Below are positions 50,211-64,000 of a stretch of 64,000 nt of DNA, piece by piece. The notes beneath the pieces were generated by a model. It saw only the letters and a program-made list of their open reading frames with translations, had not been told where the DNA came from and did not search any database. Origin of the DNA: Lama guanicoe (lineage: Eukaryota); the NCBI GenBank assembly GCA_013239625.1, contig MU053881.1:10067957-10131956 (forward strand), written 5' to 3'. The translations under genes and the position numbers were made by a program. Positions within the stretch are counted from its first letter, which is position 1; each line of letters starts with the position of its first letter.

Positions 50211-51844
50211 GGCGCAGAGCTCTCCCACAAATTACAGCCAGTATGAAATAAAACCTGTCAGTCTCCTCACTGAGCCTCTGCATTCTCAAGTTATCCCTGG
50301 GAGTCTTTAAAAACGGGGGCGATACAACATACTGAGATTTCGGCTGAGAGACAGTTAACTTTTTTAGTGCAGCAAGAGAAGAACACCATGCAAAGGGAGC
50401 AAGGAAGGAAGCGGAAGACCGCAGACAGACAGGTACTGAAAAAGCCGACTGTGGAAAGGAGAACCGTTAAGGAAATGAATTGCTGTAAAGCTATCCATGC
50501 CGATGCAATTTCTAGACAGTCTGCTTGTGCTACGATTTAAAGGCCAGGCCACTAAAGATCGGGGAATGACATGTTAATGATGAAACCAAAGCAGGCCAAC
50601 AGGCCAGGAGAGCAAAAAGTGTGTGCATGTTGCGTGGTGGGGGTGGGAAACCAGGAATGGGCCAGATCAGTGACTCAATGAAAGGACGACCTAGAGGATT
50701 TCTCTAAAGGAACAAGGAAGACAGAACCTAACGGAAGCGCAGAGCAGATGGAGGGGGTCTAACAATGACCTTCTGTGTCATCTTACATGCTTTACTCTTC
50801 CTGATAGAAGTTGTTTTTCATTGACATGATACTCAATATTATTTGCTTCTTTGTTCTCCACCAGTAAACAATGTGAAGGTGGAATTTTGTTTTTTCTTTT
50901 TTCCAGCTTTATCCCTAATGCCTGCAATGGTGCCAGGTAAAGAGAAGGGGTACAGTCAATCTTTACTGGTTTAGTGTTGACCACACTACCTTGAAAATCT
51001 ACGTAGACCAAGCATGAGGAAGCCAAATGGCTCCTGCCTACTCCTTGAGCGACAGTGGGTTTGTTATGAACCACCCTGGGGTTTCAGTGCCTTCGAAACA
51101 AGGAGGTGGGAGTTGATATTCACTAGGATCTCTTTCAGTTGTGTTTTCAGATTCCAGCACTGACGTTTATCTGGAAGTGTACATAGATGTTCACGCTTGC
51201 ATGTGTGCATCTCTGTGTGTTTCTGAAGAGGCCAATTCAGAAACTAGCAATGCTGTGCATTTTCAAAATGAAGAAAGTATTGTAGGCTGATGGGGCAGAA
51301 GACCCAAGGCAAAATGAAATAGTGTAGGTGAAATATTTGACTTGGTTGGGTGAGGGAATAAAGGCCTGCAATAAAGAGAGCTGAATAAGAGGAAAATATG
51401 ATGGGGGAGTTTGTGAAACTGTTTTGTTTTTTTTTTTTAATGGAGTAGGAATATGGAACACTTTCGTATTTAACAGCTTTTAAATTATTATTTGTAACAT
51501 TATTTTGAGCATATGATTATCTCCTAATTATAATGATACTCAAAAATATTTAGGCCAAGAAGTATTGTTTTGGAGACATATAAGAAATTTCTAACCGTAA
51601 CATCATGAGCAGATCATTTATTCTTCAGGAAGCATCACCAAATATAAAAACAGACCTGTTCAAACTCATTTTAAACGTTCCAAAGAAATAAATGTCATCA
51701 ATTAATCTTTGTTAGGAAGATGGTTCTTAAAACCAGAGATGATCAATGGGTAAAATAACTCCAAAATTTGTGGAATCCTAGCAACTCTGTTGATATATAC
51801 ACAGACTGGGTGCCATGTAAAATTGCCAATAACAAAACTATTAA

Positions 51845-52060
51845 CTACTGGTAACTATGTGTCAGCAATATACAAGCATTATTTCACTTAATTCTTTCAG
51901 CAAATCCATGACATAGGCACTTGAGTTTCCCCATTAAGCAGGTGAAGAAACATAGCCTTAGGAAAGGTCAATGTCAACCCCAAGGTCACACATTCAGCGA
52001 AGTAAAGCTAGCGCACTTGAGTGATGTCTTTCATACAAAGTTTAAACACTTGCCAAATTT
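51845..52060 (-). mobile_element. MIR SINE
   Basis: ttcacttaattctttcagcaaatccatgacataggc...cccattaagcaggtgaagaaac...cccaaggtcacaca. Confidence 0.8.
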
Positions 52061-53329
52061 ACTATCGTTTGTCATAGGCTTTGCTGTCTAGACGTAGCAA
52101 GCTTCTTCCAAGGAGAAGGTCTAGCTCGAGGTGCCAAAAAAACTCTAGAATGGTTTAAGCCAGGCAAACTCTGTGATTGAAGGTAAATTACAACCATTGT
52201 TTGCCTGCTCACTTTTACTTTTAATGTACGTTTGTGCGAGAGTGCAGAGATGAAAGTCTTGTCAGTCACGGGTATACTTTAGAAATCAATCCAAAAGCAA
52301 AAAGAGTTTGAAAAAAGATTCTACAGTGGCAACGTGAGCGAGCCCCAAATGTCTATTTTCCATTCAATTGCTTTTCAAAAGTTTGAAAGCTGCTTGTTAA
52401 CTCTGTGTTTTTTTTTTTTTAATGTAAGATTTTAAGGTATTTGTTATTTCTGAGTAACAGGATGGAGTCGGGTGTTTTATTAAGATGTCAACAGAAAAAA
52501 ATGTGGTTTTTTTCTTTAAGATGGCAGTAGGAGATAACCAATATAATTAGTCATTATGACATTCACTAACAGTAAGATATTATCATTTATTCTTTTAAAC
52601 TGTGCTAACATTTTATTAAAGGACACACATAAGCGTAATTGTCACAGAACCCTAATAATGTTTTATGTTTGATTAGTGAACATCATTCTCTTCGTTCCAT
52701 GACTTTCTTTTCTTTTTCCTACCATGAAGAAGCGGTTTCATCTGGGTGGTCTTCTGTCTGTGGTTATGTAAATGCGAACCATTTTGTAAATATTACTTCG
52801 GGAGGAGTATACAAAGGTTTTTTTTTTTTTTCAACAGAAATCTAACAGGTACTAGGCTTCTATGAGAACTTAACAAGTGCTGAAACCCACATGGTTCAAT
52901 TTCTGCATAGACCAGACTCTGTCCACCAGATGGACACTAAAATGAAACTCCAGCTTCTGTATTCACTTCTGAGATCACTGAAGTTCCCTCACTGGTCCTT
53001 CTAGAAACCCGTCCCTCCGATGCCTAATGTTTTCTTACCTCTTGTCTATTCTAAAGTCCTTCAAACCCTGAAATCTCAAACCTTCTTCTCTCCGATCGTC
53101 TCTCAGCTCCTCTCTTTTCTCTCCTTTGTAGTTAGAATTAATCTTTCTAGATGCATCATCCCCCTTCTCTCTTCACATTCTGAAAGATCTTCCTACCTTC
53201 CCCCATTCTCCTAATTTTGAATCATAAAGCATTCTGGAACCATGCTGACAAACACTTTGCTTTACCGGGAGGTAGGAGCACGAAGAAGAGAGGGGAAGAT
53301 AGCTACTACTCAGACAATAATGCATCCTA

Positions 53330-53812
53330 ATTCACCATGCCATTAGTAAGGGCAGGAGTCCCAGACCTTCCCGTTAAGTTTCTGTGTCTTGCCGTCATAA
53401 TTAGTTTCCAGCCTCCAGCTTTCTTCGAAGCTCTCTGAACCAACCCTGGTGTGTCCCCCAGAGTAACCAGCACCATCTGGGCCACACCACTCCTATTCGA
53501 AAGTCTCACTCACATCTAGGGGACCCAAGGCAATTATGCCAGGTGAGCAGACTATCTCTCACATATCTGAGTCCCACTTGTGGGGAGTCCTTTGTCAAAT
53601 TTTCCTGGTTGTGACACCCCAGCTGCTTGCTTTGCTCCCCCAGCTCACAAGGTGATGGCTGTATCCTGTAGTTACTATGTCCAGATTGCCTCAGTGGTCC
53701 TTCTGCGTTGATTTATTCCTCTAACATCTACATAACTGATTCCTCATATTCAATTCCCCTATAGAAATACCTGGTGTGGTTTCTGGTTTCCTCACTGGGG
53801 CTGGATTGAAGC
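53330..53812 (+). mobile_element. Old ERVL-class LTR (LTR33-like)
   Basis: 3' end gaaatacctggtgtggtttctggtttcctcactggggctggattgaagca. The 5' boundary is uncertain. Confidence 0.55.
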
Positions 53813-55344
53813 AGGGCTGGAGGATGCTAAATTGTAAACCACTGGAAGGTGACTCAAAAAGTTTCACACTCTATAGGTGGAGGAGAAACACTGTTCTGAT
53901 TTGAAATTCAATGTAGAATGTTGAAAATTACTGTTGAAAGCAGTTACCCAGTTCTGAGTTCAGATGAAGGCAGTTTACATTTTAAAAAATTTTTTATTTA
54001 AATTTTTTTGAAGGCAGTTTAAATGAAAATCTCTATTCCTTATATATTTTTATACTTAAGAGTGTTTTTAAAAGATAATATGGTACTGTTGTTTATTAAA
54101 TAATTACATGCTCTTGAAATACATCAAATTTTATGCAAAACCTTATAACATTAATACATTCCTAAATTGAGTCCCAGTGAATCCAAAGAGGGAAATTTAA
54201 GGTAAATTATTTCTTCATATTTCTGCTCCTTGTGGATGACCAATAACATTTGAGGCTTTCTGGAAATTTACTCATACATTCAGTAACAGTTAAAACTGTT
54301 TTGGTTTGTCCTTTACCTCCAGGAAAACAAATGACATGTGGCAAATGACCCTCCTTTTTACATGTTTTGCCACTATGATACTTACAATATCACTGTATCT
54401 TTGAATAGACTTTGATTATGCACAAACTTACTTCTGTATCTCTTACCACTTACATTCTTATCCAAGGCTATCAATAATATATTCCCTATATTTTCCTTTA
54501 AAGAATCTTAAACTCAGAAGAATTCAAAAATTTGCCACGTCTCTAGAGTACGAGGCGGCATCTGATCTTACACTTAAATCTCAGAACTTTCTATGCAGGC
54601 ACTACTTTCTTTTACTCCATTATCGTTGACTTGACTGTTCCATAGAAAGTATGTAGTCAAACATGGGACTCTCCTGATGGCCCAACTAGGCTGAAAATCT
54701 TAAAATCAACAATGTTGGGGAAAAAAAAAAACTTTATCACACTTATCGTGTGCCTTAGGTATTTTTGCTGTGTTTAACACAAGGTTTACCAGGGATGGGG
54801 CTCTAAAGAACCAACTGGAAGGTATAATTACCTTCAGGGATATTTTATTATTAAAAGGTATAATGAGAGGTACTATAAGAGTAGATTAAACTATTAGGGA
54901 ACCTGCCACAAGTGACTTTGCAATTTGAAAGATCATTTATCATTTTCAATCATGACTTTTAGTTCATATTTCTCTGGGTGATTTTTCAAAATACCCTAAT
55001 TTTTTTCTTTTTTGATTGCTAAGTAGATAAATTGTGCTTCTTTTTAAGCAGAGAAAATAAAGGCACGTTTGGTAATTAATCTAGTTATACAGATACTACT
55101 TGGATTTACAATAGCACTTTAAAAATTTATTTTTAAGTAGTTACTGGATACTCAAGTCTTCCTACTTTAGAAATCTATTCCCGTGGATTGAATTTACTTG
55201 ATCTCTTGGTGCTTGTAAACTTGTTCAAAAAATAGTTATAAACTATTGACAATTCTTCAGAAAGAAGTAACTAAAATAAAGCATATAACTTTGACCTATT
55301 GATGAAACTTCAATGTGTATGTCTTTATGTATATGCATATACAA

Positions 55345-55852
55345 TGTTTTGGCAGAAACTGCTAATTGCCTACTCAACATCAATTTCCCACTGCCCCTCC
55401 TTACTAGGGAACATCTATAATGCTGGATTCAGCAAATACCCAGTTACAGATTGTATTGTCAACACTCCTGTACAGATAAGGGTGATTAATGATGTCTAAA
55501 CAACCATTTGTTGGTGCTTCCTAAAATCACCTCTTTTAGGAGAGCTTACTCAGGTGGCAGGTTTTTACAATTTTACAAATCTGTTTTCCCCCTTCTTTCA
55601 TTCTGACTCATTGATATGGATGGAGATATGATGGCTGGAGCTACAGTCTCCATACTGTGGATGATAGGCAAATTTAAGGAATGGCGGCATATTCTAAAAT
55701 CAACAAAGCACACTGACAAAAAGATCACGGGCCACTGATAGCGTGAGGCGCTTCCCCATACATCCCTAAACTGACTGTCTGAGTTTTTTGTTAATAAAGA
55801 AACCACTGTAATTTTAGATCAATTACTAGCAGCCACAAATTTTCTAAGATAA
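55345..55852 (+). mobile_element. Old MLT1 (MLT1H/I-like) LTR
   Basis: ggcagaaactgctaattgcctactcaacatcaattt...gatatgatggctggagctacagtctccat...ttactagcagcc. Confidence 0.75.
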
Positions 55853-55854
55853 GG

Positions 55855-56400
55855 GATGCTCTTGTGCATTTCTCCTAGAAGTGTACACGGCTATATAGTC
55901 TGGAAGATAAATCAGCTATCAAAAGTCTGTAAGTACATACATTCTGACACAGTAATTTTACAACTAGCAGTTTCTCTAAAGGAAACAACTGCGAGTGTAA
56001 TATGTACTTGTAGTGATGTTCAACACTATATTGCCTACATCTGTTGGAATTATTGAACCAACAAAAATGCTCAATAAAAAGGAGAAGTGATTAAATTATT
56101 ATTAAATTGTACACAACTCAGGCACTAAAATGTTTTGCATAATATTGTGATATGCAATATTTATGATATTGTGAACCATTTTAACGTGGCATCATATATT
56201 TAATGAAACCACCTAAAAGGTATAAGATGTACACTATGCTACAATGTAATCCACAAAAAATATCACACATATGCATAGAAAGTAACTGCATGGACATATG
56301 CTCAAAAGTTGACAGTTAGTCACCTCTGGTTGTTCCAGCACTCAGTAATTTATATTTGAGCTTATCTTTTAAAAGATTTTTGTAATAAATATGTTTCCTT
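55855..56400 (+). mobile_element. Old L1 (L1ME-like) 3' end
   Basis: catacattctgacacagtaattttacaactagcagtttctctaaaggaaa...aacaaaaatgctcaataaaaagg...gttgacagttagtcacctctgg. Confidence 0.7.
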
Positions 56401-57579
56401 CATATGCTAAGAGTCTTCCTTGAACACATGCTGGACAGGCGGCTAAAATGTAAGCTGAAGGCTTTGAGAAAGTGGACAGATGTCCATTAGGAATTGGTAT
56501 AACAGTGCTGAAACCAGTATCTCTTGTGACCGCAGCTCTCCAATTTCCATAAACAAGTGGTGATACTCCAAACCCAATTACCCTGCCTTCTGTTATGCTG
56601 GCTGACCACCGGATTGATGATAGAGCAAAGGTAACAAAATTAAACAAAACAGGGATTTTCATGTAAAAGGGATTTATCTTTGCCTTTGTGATACGGTGTA
56701 TTATCATTGTTATAAAAGGTTTTAACTAAGTGAGGCATTTTATATTACCTGTAAAATACATTTTAAAGTGCTAACCTTGAGAAGAATAACTCTGATTAAT
56801 TATAGTTCCCAATAATTAATTCACTCTTTTAAATTTTTTATCCAATTATAATCCTTCTTCCTAGCTGGTTTCCACTGTAATCACTCATGTTCTGTAAGAA
56901 TAAAATACTCAGAAATGGACTTAATTCAGAAACCTGATTATAGCAGCACTAATTATAAAAGTAAACTGTAAAGAATGTCAAAAATAATTTGACAGATTGT
57001 TTTTTTCCTATGACAACTTAAGGAATTAATAGGTTCAACTCAAATGTATCCCTTTTAAAGTTCCACATAGATACTCTGATTTCTCCATATATCTCTTCAG
57101 AACTGCTAGGAGATTAGCCCGTTGAAACCATGAGCTATTTTTTTTTCCCTGTAATCTCCCAAATAATAAACACTAAAAAAAAAAAAAAAACCCACATGCA
57201 CACAGAATCAAAACAAATGAACAAAATAATAAAAGAAAGAACTATTTCAAATACAGAAAATATTTTTAAAAATATTTGTTGTTTGTGAACAGTCAACCTT
57301 GGTGCATAGAACTCAGACAGCAGTTTCCTTATAAGAACACAGAGTTCCAAACCTTATGTTCAAGATTTTTCTGATTAGATGAGAACAAATCCACAGGGAG
57401 AAAGAAAATGAAGCAGCCCAGTAGAACACACCTGAACAGGTAAACTGTTATGTAGAGCGTAGAAAACAGGAAAGCTTTGAAAAAACACTTTTTCTATAGT
57501 GAAAACTATGAATTCAGGCTGAACAAGTTTTCATTAAGAAATACGGTCAAGGACTGGCTTCAGAAGACTTAATTATTAA

Positions 57580-57754
57580 TTTTTTTTTAAATTGAAGTAT
57601 AATCACTTTACAATGTTGTGTTAATTTCTGGTGTACAGCATGATGTTTCAGTCACACATATACATACATATATTCACTTTCATATTCTTTTTTATTATAG
57701 GTTACTACAAGACATTGAATAGAGTCCCCTGGGCTAGACTGAAGAAACTTGTTT
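57580..57754 (-). mobile_element. Young L1 3' end
   Basis: Poly-T, then attgaagtataatcactttacaatgttgtgttaatttctggtgtacagc. Flanking aagactta on both sides. Confidence 0.9.
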
Positions 57755-59986
57755 AAAGACTTAGGAAAAATGTTAGAAATCTCTTGTTACATAGCTTTGG
57801 GACTGGAAGTGTCATACAATAAAGGAAATAATTAAAGAGATATGGATGAGAGGGCCAATTCTTCAGGAGCACACCAGAGAAACAATTCATCACCATGGGG
57901 AATCTGAGAGATTGGTGGCCGGGGGTTAATATCAGGAGCTAAAAAGTTAGATTCATCAGGTGCTTAGGATCTATCCAGGATGCTATTCTGCAGAATGATC
58001 AAATTTTTTACCAGGAAGTTGGAAGTATGGACTAACACAAACCAGCTGAGTTCTCCTGGGATCATTTCTAAAATGCAGATACTGGAAGATAGGAAGGAGT
58101 CCACACCAGCTCTCCAGTTCTGAAAGGTGGTACAAGTGAAATTTCCTTCAGGCTAACATAGAAATTTTCATCATTTAGCAAACCGTGTCACATTTGGATG
58201 AAATAATGGAAAGTAACTAAAAGCTAGAAACTCTGTACATGGAAGCAAGCAAAGTGCTCTGTGATGAGGCATTTGGGAAATTAGAGAGAGGACTCTGGGC
58301 CCCATAAAACTATACATTTTATCAGATAATAGATTTTTAATCCACCCTTAGTTTTTCAGCAATAATTTCTCCGAAAAATACTACCTGGGTTTTCAGGAGC
58401 TTGGAGTGGGGTAGGAAACCCCACAATGATTAAATACACAAAGATTAAGGACTGAGTCATCTCTACAGCACCCATGTGGTGCCCCAGTTTGGTGACGGAG
58501 ATGGATCCCCTTGGAAATCTTGGTCAGAGAAGAAGGAATAAAAATAAGGGTTAAAAAGAAGGGATTAAAAAAATGAAGCTCATTAGTTCTTTTCTAACAA
58601 TGCCATCCCCCATACTAAATGAAGTTTAGAATAAGCAAAGACATCTTTATTTCTAGGTATATCACGTTTTGTTTATTGCACCCTGGAGCAGAGGCATTTA
58701 GCATGCTATTTTCCATCTGGGACTATAGACAAGTGGGGTCTAGATTTAGAAGAAGAATATTATAATGGACCAGGACCTCTACCCTCAAGGACAGATGCAA
58801 AGTATACATACTGCCTTTCCAGCCAAAGTTAAGTAATTTGCAGATAAGGAAATATACAAACACACACACACACACATACACATCAATACTACATATATTT
58901 GTATGTCTTTACAGGCTGATAGGTATTAGGATATTATTGCATTATGCAGGGGTGTGATCGTGTAGTTGTATAATTTTTACACCAATAAAACTCTTACAAT
59001 ATGGCTATTATTATTCTCCATTTGAGTTGAGGAATTCAATGCCTGCTGCCTGCTCTCTGGCTTTGCTGAATTTGAAATTCTCTCCTTGGATCTCTTTGCA
59101 CTCTAGACCCTCCTCCCCGCCCCCATACAATACAGAAATAACTCTTAATTGAGCCCTTCATTAAAAATACTGGCATCCTGTTTGTCCTTTTAGAAAGCTC
59201 TTGTGATTACAGACCTGCCTTCTCATTGATGGCTTTGGTTAATCACTCTTTAAATCCACTTTTCTATTCAGATCAAGCCTTTACTCAAAAACTGTGAATC
59301 TCAGTTTCTGAATGCCTACTCTCCTTTGACGGACTGCATTGCTACCTAAGTTTTATTCCACAAAAGTTGAAAAAGAGGAGGAGAAATGATTATTACAACT
59401 AGGTACAAACTCCAGTAACATGTCTATCTTGAGACAAATCAATTGCCAAGAGAAAAAAGGCGTCACAAGAATGCCTAAATCCTCTCCACGTGCGTTTTAT
59501 TCCTGAGTTGTCCACTGGCCACTGGACAACCAGCCTGGGTGTAGGATACAGCTGAAACATTCTTTACTCTTCAAATTGCTGGTACCACTCTCTGTGGTAC
59601 TTCTGAGAACAGAGAAGCATAGTTCTTATTTATGTCTTGACTTCATATTAAAGTAAAAGGTATGTGGTAGATATCTGTGCTGGCTTTGATTGATAACCTA
59701 ACTCGCATGCACTGGTCAATCCTCAAGTGCCTAGGAATTAATAGATTCTAAACATGCTTTGTTTTTGTGTACTCTATTCTGTAGTGGAGAACTAATGTGA
59801 ATCCCAGAATTCTGTGGCTTCAACGACCATATTCTTCATTATGTTTTAAAGCAATAAAGCAATCAGGAGTTATTTCTCCTCGTAAGGATAACTAAATCCA
59901 CATAAGTGGGGTTGTGCTACATAAAATGAAATAATATCTTTGAAATTACACCTAAGATTTGGAAGGTTTTTAAAAATTTTTCTCCA

Positions 59987-60735
59987 AAGGGAACCCCCCT
60001 AACACTGTCGGTGGGAATGCAGTTTGGTGCAGCCATTATGGAAAACAGTATGGAGATTCCTTTAAAAACTAAAAATAGATTTACCATATGATCCAGCAAT
60101 CCCACTTCTGGGTATATATCCAGAGGGAATTCTTAAGTCGAAAAGATACAAGCACTCCCATGTTCATAGCAGCACTATTTACAATAGCCAAGACATGGAA
60201 ACAACCTAAATCTCTACCAACAGATGATTGGATAAAGAATTTGTGAGATACACACACACGCGCACACGCACAATGGCGTACTACTCAGCCATAAATATAA
60301 TAAAATAACGTCATTTGCAGCAACATGGATGGACCTGGAGATCATCATTCTAAGTGAAGTAAGCCAGAAAGAGAAATAAAAATACCATATGATATCACTT
60401 ATATGTGCCCCCCCAAATAAGACACAAATGAACTTATTTACAAAATAGACAGAGACTCACAGACATAGAAAACAAACTGTGGTTACCAGCAGGTAAAGAA
60501 GGTGGTAAGAGATAAATTGGGACTTGGAGATTTGCAGATGCTAACAACTATATCTGGGATAGATAAACAAGTTCATATTATACAGCACAGGGAACTCTAT
60601 ACAATATCTTACAGTAACCTATAATGAAAAAGAACATGAAAAGGAACATATGTATGCATATATATGACTGAAACGTTATGCTGTACACCAGAAATTGACA
60701 CAACATTGTAAACTGACTATACTTCAATTAAAAAA
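59987..60735 (+). mobile_element. Young L1, C-terminal ORF2 remnant plus 3' UTR
   Basis: actgtcggtgggaatgcagtttggtgcagccattatggaaaacag (TVGGNAVWCSHYGKQ, the ORF2 Cys-rich region), full 3' UTR, and TSD-like aaaaatttttctcca / aaaaatattcttca. Confidence 0.95.
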
Positions 60736-61599
60736 ATATTCTTCATGCAAAAGACATGTAATTGTCACACTCAGTACCTCAGTGATGAGAGAGAGAGAGA
60801 CTCAGGAAGCATGAGATGAATAATTCTATACTGAGTTTCTCCTTTACTTTGTTAGGAGACTGAACTAAACAATGATGTTGGTCTGGGAGATAAGCATAGC
60901 ATCTGAAGCCAGCGTTTGGATGGGGGTAATTTAAGCCACAAACAGAAACTATCAGAGTGGAAAGGACTATTGGCTGAATTACCAGTTGAAAGCACTCTTT
61001 ATGGAAAATATACACAAAGCTCCTAACACAATATTGATGGGCACAGGATGAACCACCACTCAGCGGGCACCAAATCCGTTTCACTAATTCCCTTGGTCAG
61101 AAGAAAGGACACTAACCCAGAATGGGGCCAATCAGCAAAGCCAAGGTGCGCCATGCAAGCTGTACTCACTGGCAATCCATAAATCTATTGTAATTGTGGT
61201 AGTCTCTTAGAGAAACATTTTCAAAAGATTGGATGAGCAAATAGGCAAAGTATTGAATGAAAACACTAAGAAACAGTGAGGTATAACATTATTATTTGTA
61301 TAAACTAAAATTATATATACACAAAATAATCCTTTTGCAAGAACACATACAAACAAAAAAAATCCTTTTTTAATCAGAATGATTTAAGGTGGGTGGGAGG
61401 GGGAAATTGAGGATTTGAGGTTAAAACATTTTTAGAATTACCTAAGCTTCTGAAAGTTTCATTCTCTATTAAAGAACTACAGAGTTTATAAGAAACCTAA
61501 TTATCTAGAACTAATCTATTTCTAAGCAAGATTATTTAAAATTTAAAGTTGTTAATGATAATATTAGTTAATAATATTAGTTATTAATAATAATAATGA

Positions 61600-61800
61600 T
61601 AATAATATTCACACTATTTACATGAATACATTATTAATTTAATTATATTTAACTCTCACATTGACACTCTAAATTGGGTACAATTATTTCCATTTAATAA
61701 CTGAAACAACTGAAGTTCGGGGGATACAGTAACATGCCCAGCTTCTCACAGTTACAAATATGGGAGACAGACTCATTTGGTCTGATAGTAAATGTCTCCC
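61600..61800 (-). mobile_element. MIR SINE preceded by an (ATA)n-like tract
   Basis: tttaactctcaca...attatttccattt...aactgaagttc...gtaacatgcccagcttctcacagtta. Confidence 0.7.
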
Positions 61801-62479
61801 TCATAATCAATGAGCATGCAAATGAAGGAACGGGAACCCAGATTAATACTTTTTCCTTATATCTAATTTATAGGATAGTTTAGGGGTTTAAATTCTGAAT
61901 GGCAATCCATGTTTTCTAAAGAACCAACTATTACCTTTTATTTTTGAAACTGTAATGATCATATCAAACAACCATGAAGACAATCAGTAAAACATCTAAA
62001 GAGAGAAGCCCATTGTTTCATTCATTCATTCATTCACTCAAATATGTACTCAACATGCTAAAGCACTCCACTACTTAAGCAGTTTTGTTTTTCCTAGGCA
62101 ACAACACAGACATTCTATTTTTTCCCCCACAAGAATAAGATATATTCACTGCAAAATTAACTCTAGTTTTATTTTACTGAAGGGACTGATGAATATCATG
62201 ATAACCTGAAAAATATGCAGATTTTTCAGAGGGCCCCAGTACAGAGGGAAATAGACTCAGTTTAGTATGAAAGAGAAATGGACAATTTGCCCATTAACTC
62301 TTTATTAGATTGACAATGGAAGGTTAATTGATAACTCAATAATTTTAACTATAACCATGGTATTCCTTCAGCTTAGAATACAGGAAGAACAGAATCATTG
62401 GCTTAGAAAAACTCACAGGTAAGTCACTTCTAAAAGTTGTTAATTGAATTTAAAAAAATCTATAAACAGTCTATTCTGA

Positions 62480-63837
62480 GACCAAAGCAATCTTGAGAAA
62501 GAGTAACAAAGCTGGAGATAGCACATGCCCTGATTTTGAACTATACAACAAAGCTGTAGTAATCAAAAGAATATGGTACTGGTGTTAAAAACAGACACAT
62601 AGACCAATGGAGCATAATTGAGAGCCTAGAAATAAACCAACACTTCATGTGGTCAATTAACTTACAACAAAGAAGCCAAGAACATTCTATGGGGAAAGGA
62701 CAGTCTCTTCAATAAATGGCACTGAAAAATTGGACAGACACATGCAAAATAATGAAATTAAACCACTATCTTACAACATACACCAAAGTTAACTTACAAT
62801 TGATCAAAAACTTAATGTAAGACCTGAGACCATAAAACTAGAAGAAAACATAGACCTAGAAAAAAACATAAAACTGGTAAGTTTCTTGACATCAGTCTTG
62901 GTGTGGAGTTTTTGGATCTGATCCCGAATACAAAGGCAACAAAAGTAAAACACAAAGTAGAACTATATCCAGTGAAAAGCTTCTGCATAGCAAAGGAACA
63001 CGTCAACAAAATGATAAGGCAACCTACTGAATGGGAGAAGATATTTGCAAACCATATATCCGATAAGGGTTAACATCCCAAATACATAACGAATTCAAAC
63101 AACTTAATAGAAAAACTATACGATTAAAAAATGGGCAGAGGATCTAGACAGACATTTTTCCAAAGAAGACATACAGGTGGTCAGCAGGCACATGAATAAA
63201 TGTTCAACATCTCTATTAGGGAAATGGAAATCAAAATCACAGTAATATATCACCTCATACCTGTTAGAATGACTATATCATCAAAAAGACAAGAAATAAG
63301 AAGTGTTGGCAAGGATGTAGAGAAAAGGGAACCCTCCTACACTATTGATGGGAATGTAAATTGATGCAGCCTCTATGGAAAACAGTATGGAGGGTCCTCA
63401 AAAAATAAAAAATGAAGTTACCATACACACACAGACACACACACACAAGGGAAAGCTACTCAGTTATAAAAAAAAAATTTATCCAAAAACACGGGTGGAA
63501 CATGACGGTATTATGCTAAGTGAAATAAATCAGAAAGAAAGACAAATACCACACAATTTTATTTACATGTGAAATATGAAAAACAAAAGAAATGAACATA
63601 CAAAGCAAAACTTATAGATAACAGAGAACAGATTGGTGCTTATGAGAAGGGAAGGGCGCTAGGGAGTGGGCGAAATGGGTGAAGACGGTCAGTTGTACGG
63701 TGAAGGATGGTAACTAGACTTACTATGGTTCTTACTTCATAGTGTACATAACACTTGAATTATTATGTTGTACACCTGAAACTACAACAGAATAATATAT
63801 TGTTAATATAATTTACCAATTTTATTTCAAAAAAAAA
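62480..63837 (+). mobile_element. L1 (L1MA-like), about 1.35 kb of disabled ORF2 3' part plus 3' UTR
   Basis: Translates to [33 protein letters not shown], matching L1 ORF2. Also ggacagtctcttcaataaatgg and atcacctcatacctgttagaatg, with a poly-A end. Confidence 0.95.
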
Positions 63838-64000
63838 TCCCTCTGGAGTAGTACATAATGTCTACTCTTTGCCAGGAGCATGAAATAAAGGCTCAGACAA
63901 GGGAATTCTGTAATACTGAAATTTCTAACATCATGTGGTCATAAATAAGTTACCTAATAGATAAAGTCTTACTTTGAGCTGGCAATGTGCTAACACCTAT

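Noticed and set aside
56369..56707. 112-aa minus-strand ORF as a coding exon
   Set aside because: No recognisable homology, no convincing splice sites, and it runs into an L1 remnant. PhyloCSF would settle it.
57160..57195. AATAAA followed by A16 as a processed pseudogene tail
   Set aside because: Only about 5 nt separate the signal and the A run, and no TSD or upstream ORF is visible.
1..64000. All ORF-track entries as protein-coding genes
   Set aside because: They are short (60-143 aa), many start at TTG/GTG, none shows a recognisable host-protein domain, many lie in repeats, and no chain of frame-compatible exons was found.

Overview
AT-rich, CpG-depleted mammalian DNA that is intergenic or intronic. 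It is most likely camelid, inferred from a Vic-1-type tRNA-derived SINE at about 14.8-14.9 kb and several young L1 3' ends of the type ...gctgtacaccagaaattaacacaacattgtaaa.... I recognise no protein-coding gene, tRNA/rRNA gene, CRISPR array or operon-like system. The listed ORFs are chance ORFs or lie inside repeats. Much of the window is interspersed repeat: L1, L2, MIR, MLT1/MLT2, ERV1/ERVL solo LTRs, MER20 and MER58, plus microsatellites. Subfamily names come from remembered consensus motifs, not from a search. The best non-repeat signals are: (1) a complete minus-strand polyadenylation signal at about 8.0 kb with a strong splice acceptor about 550 nt upstream and a strand-asymmetric hairpin nearby, suggesting an unannotated, probably non-coding transcript; (2) several dense transcription-factor motif clusters in repeat-free blocks; (3) an unusually CpG-rich copy of an ancient MER58 element; (4) an inverted pair of young L1 3' ends. 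None of these amounts to a demonstrated novel system.
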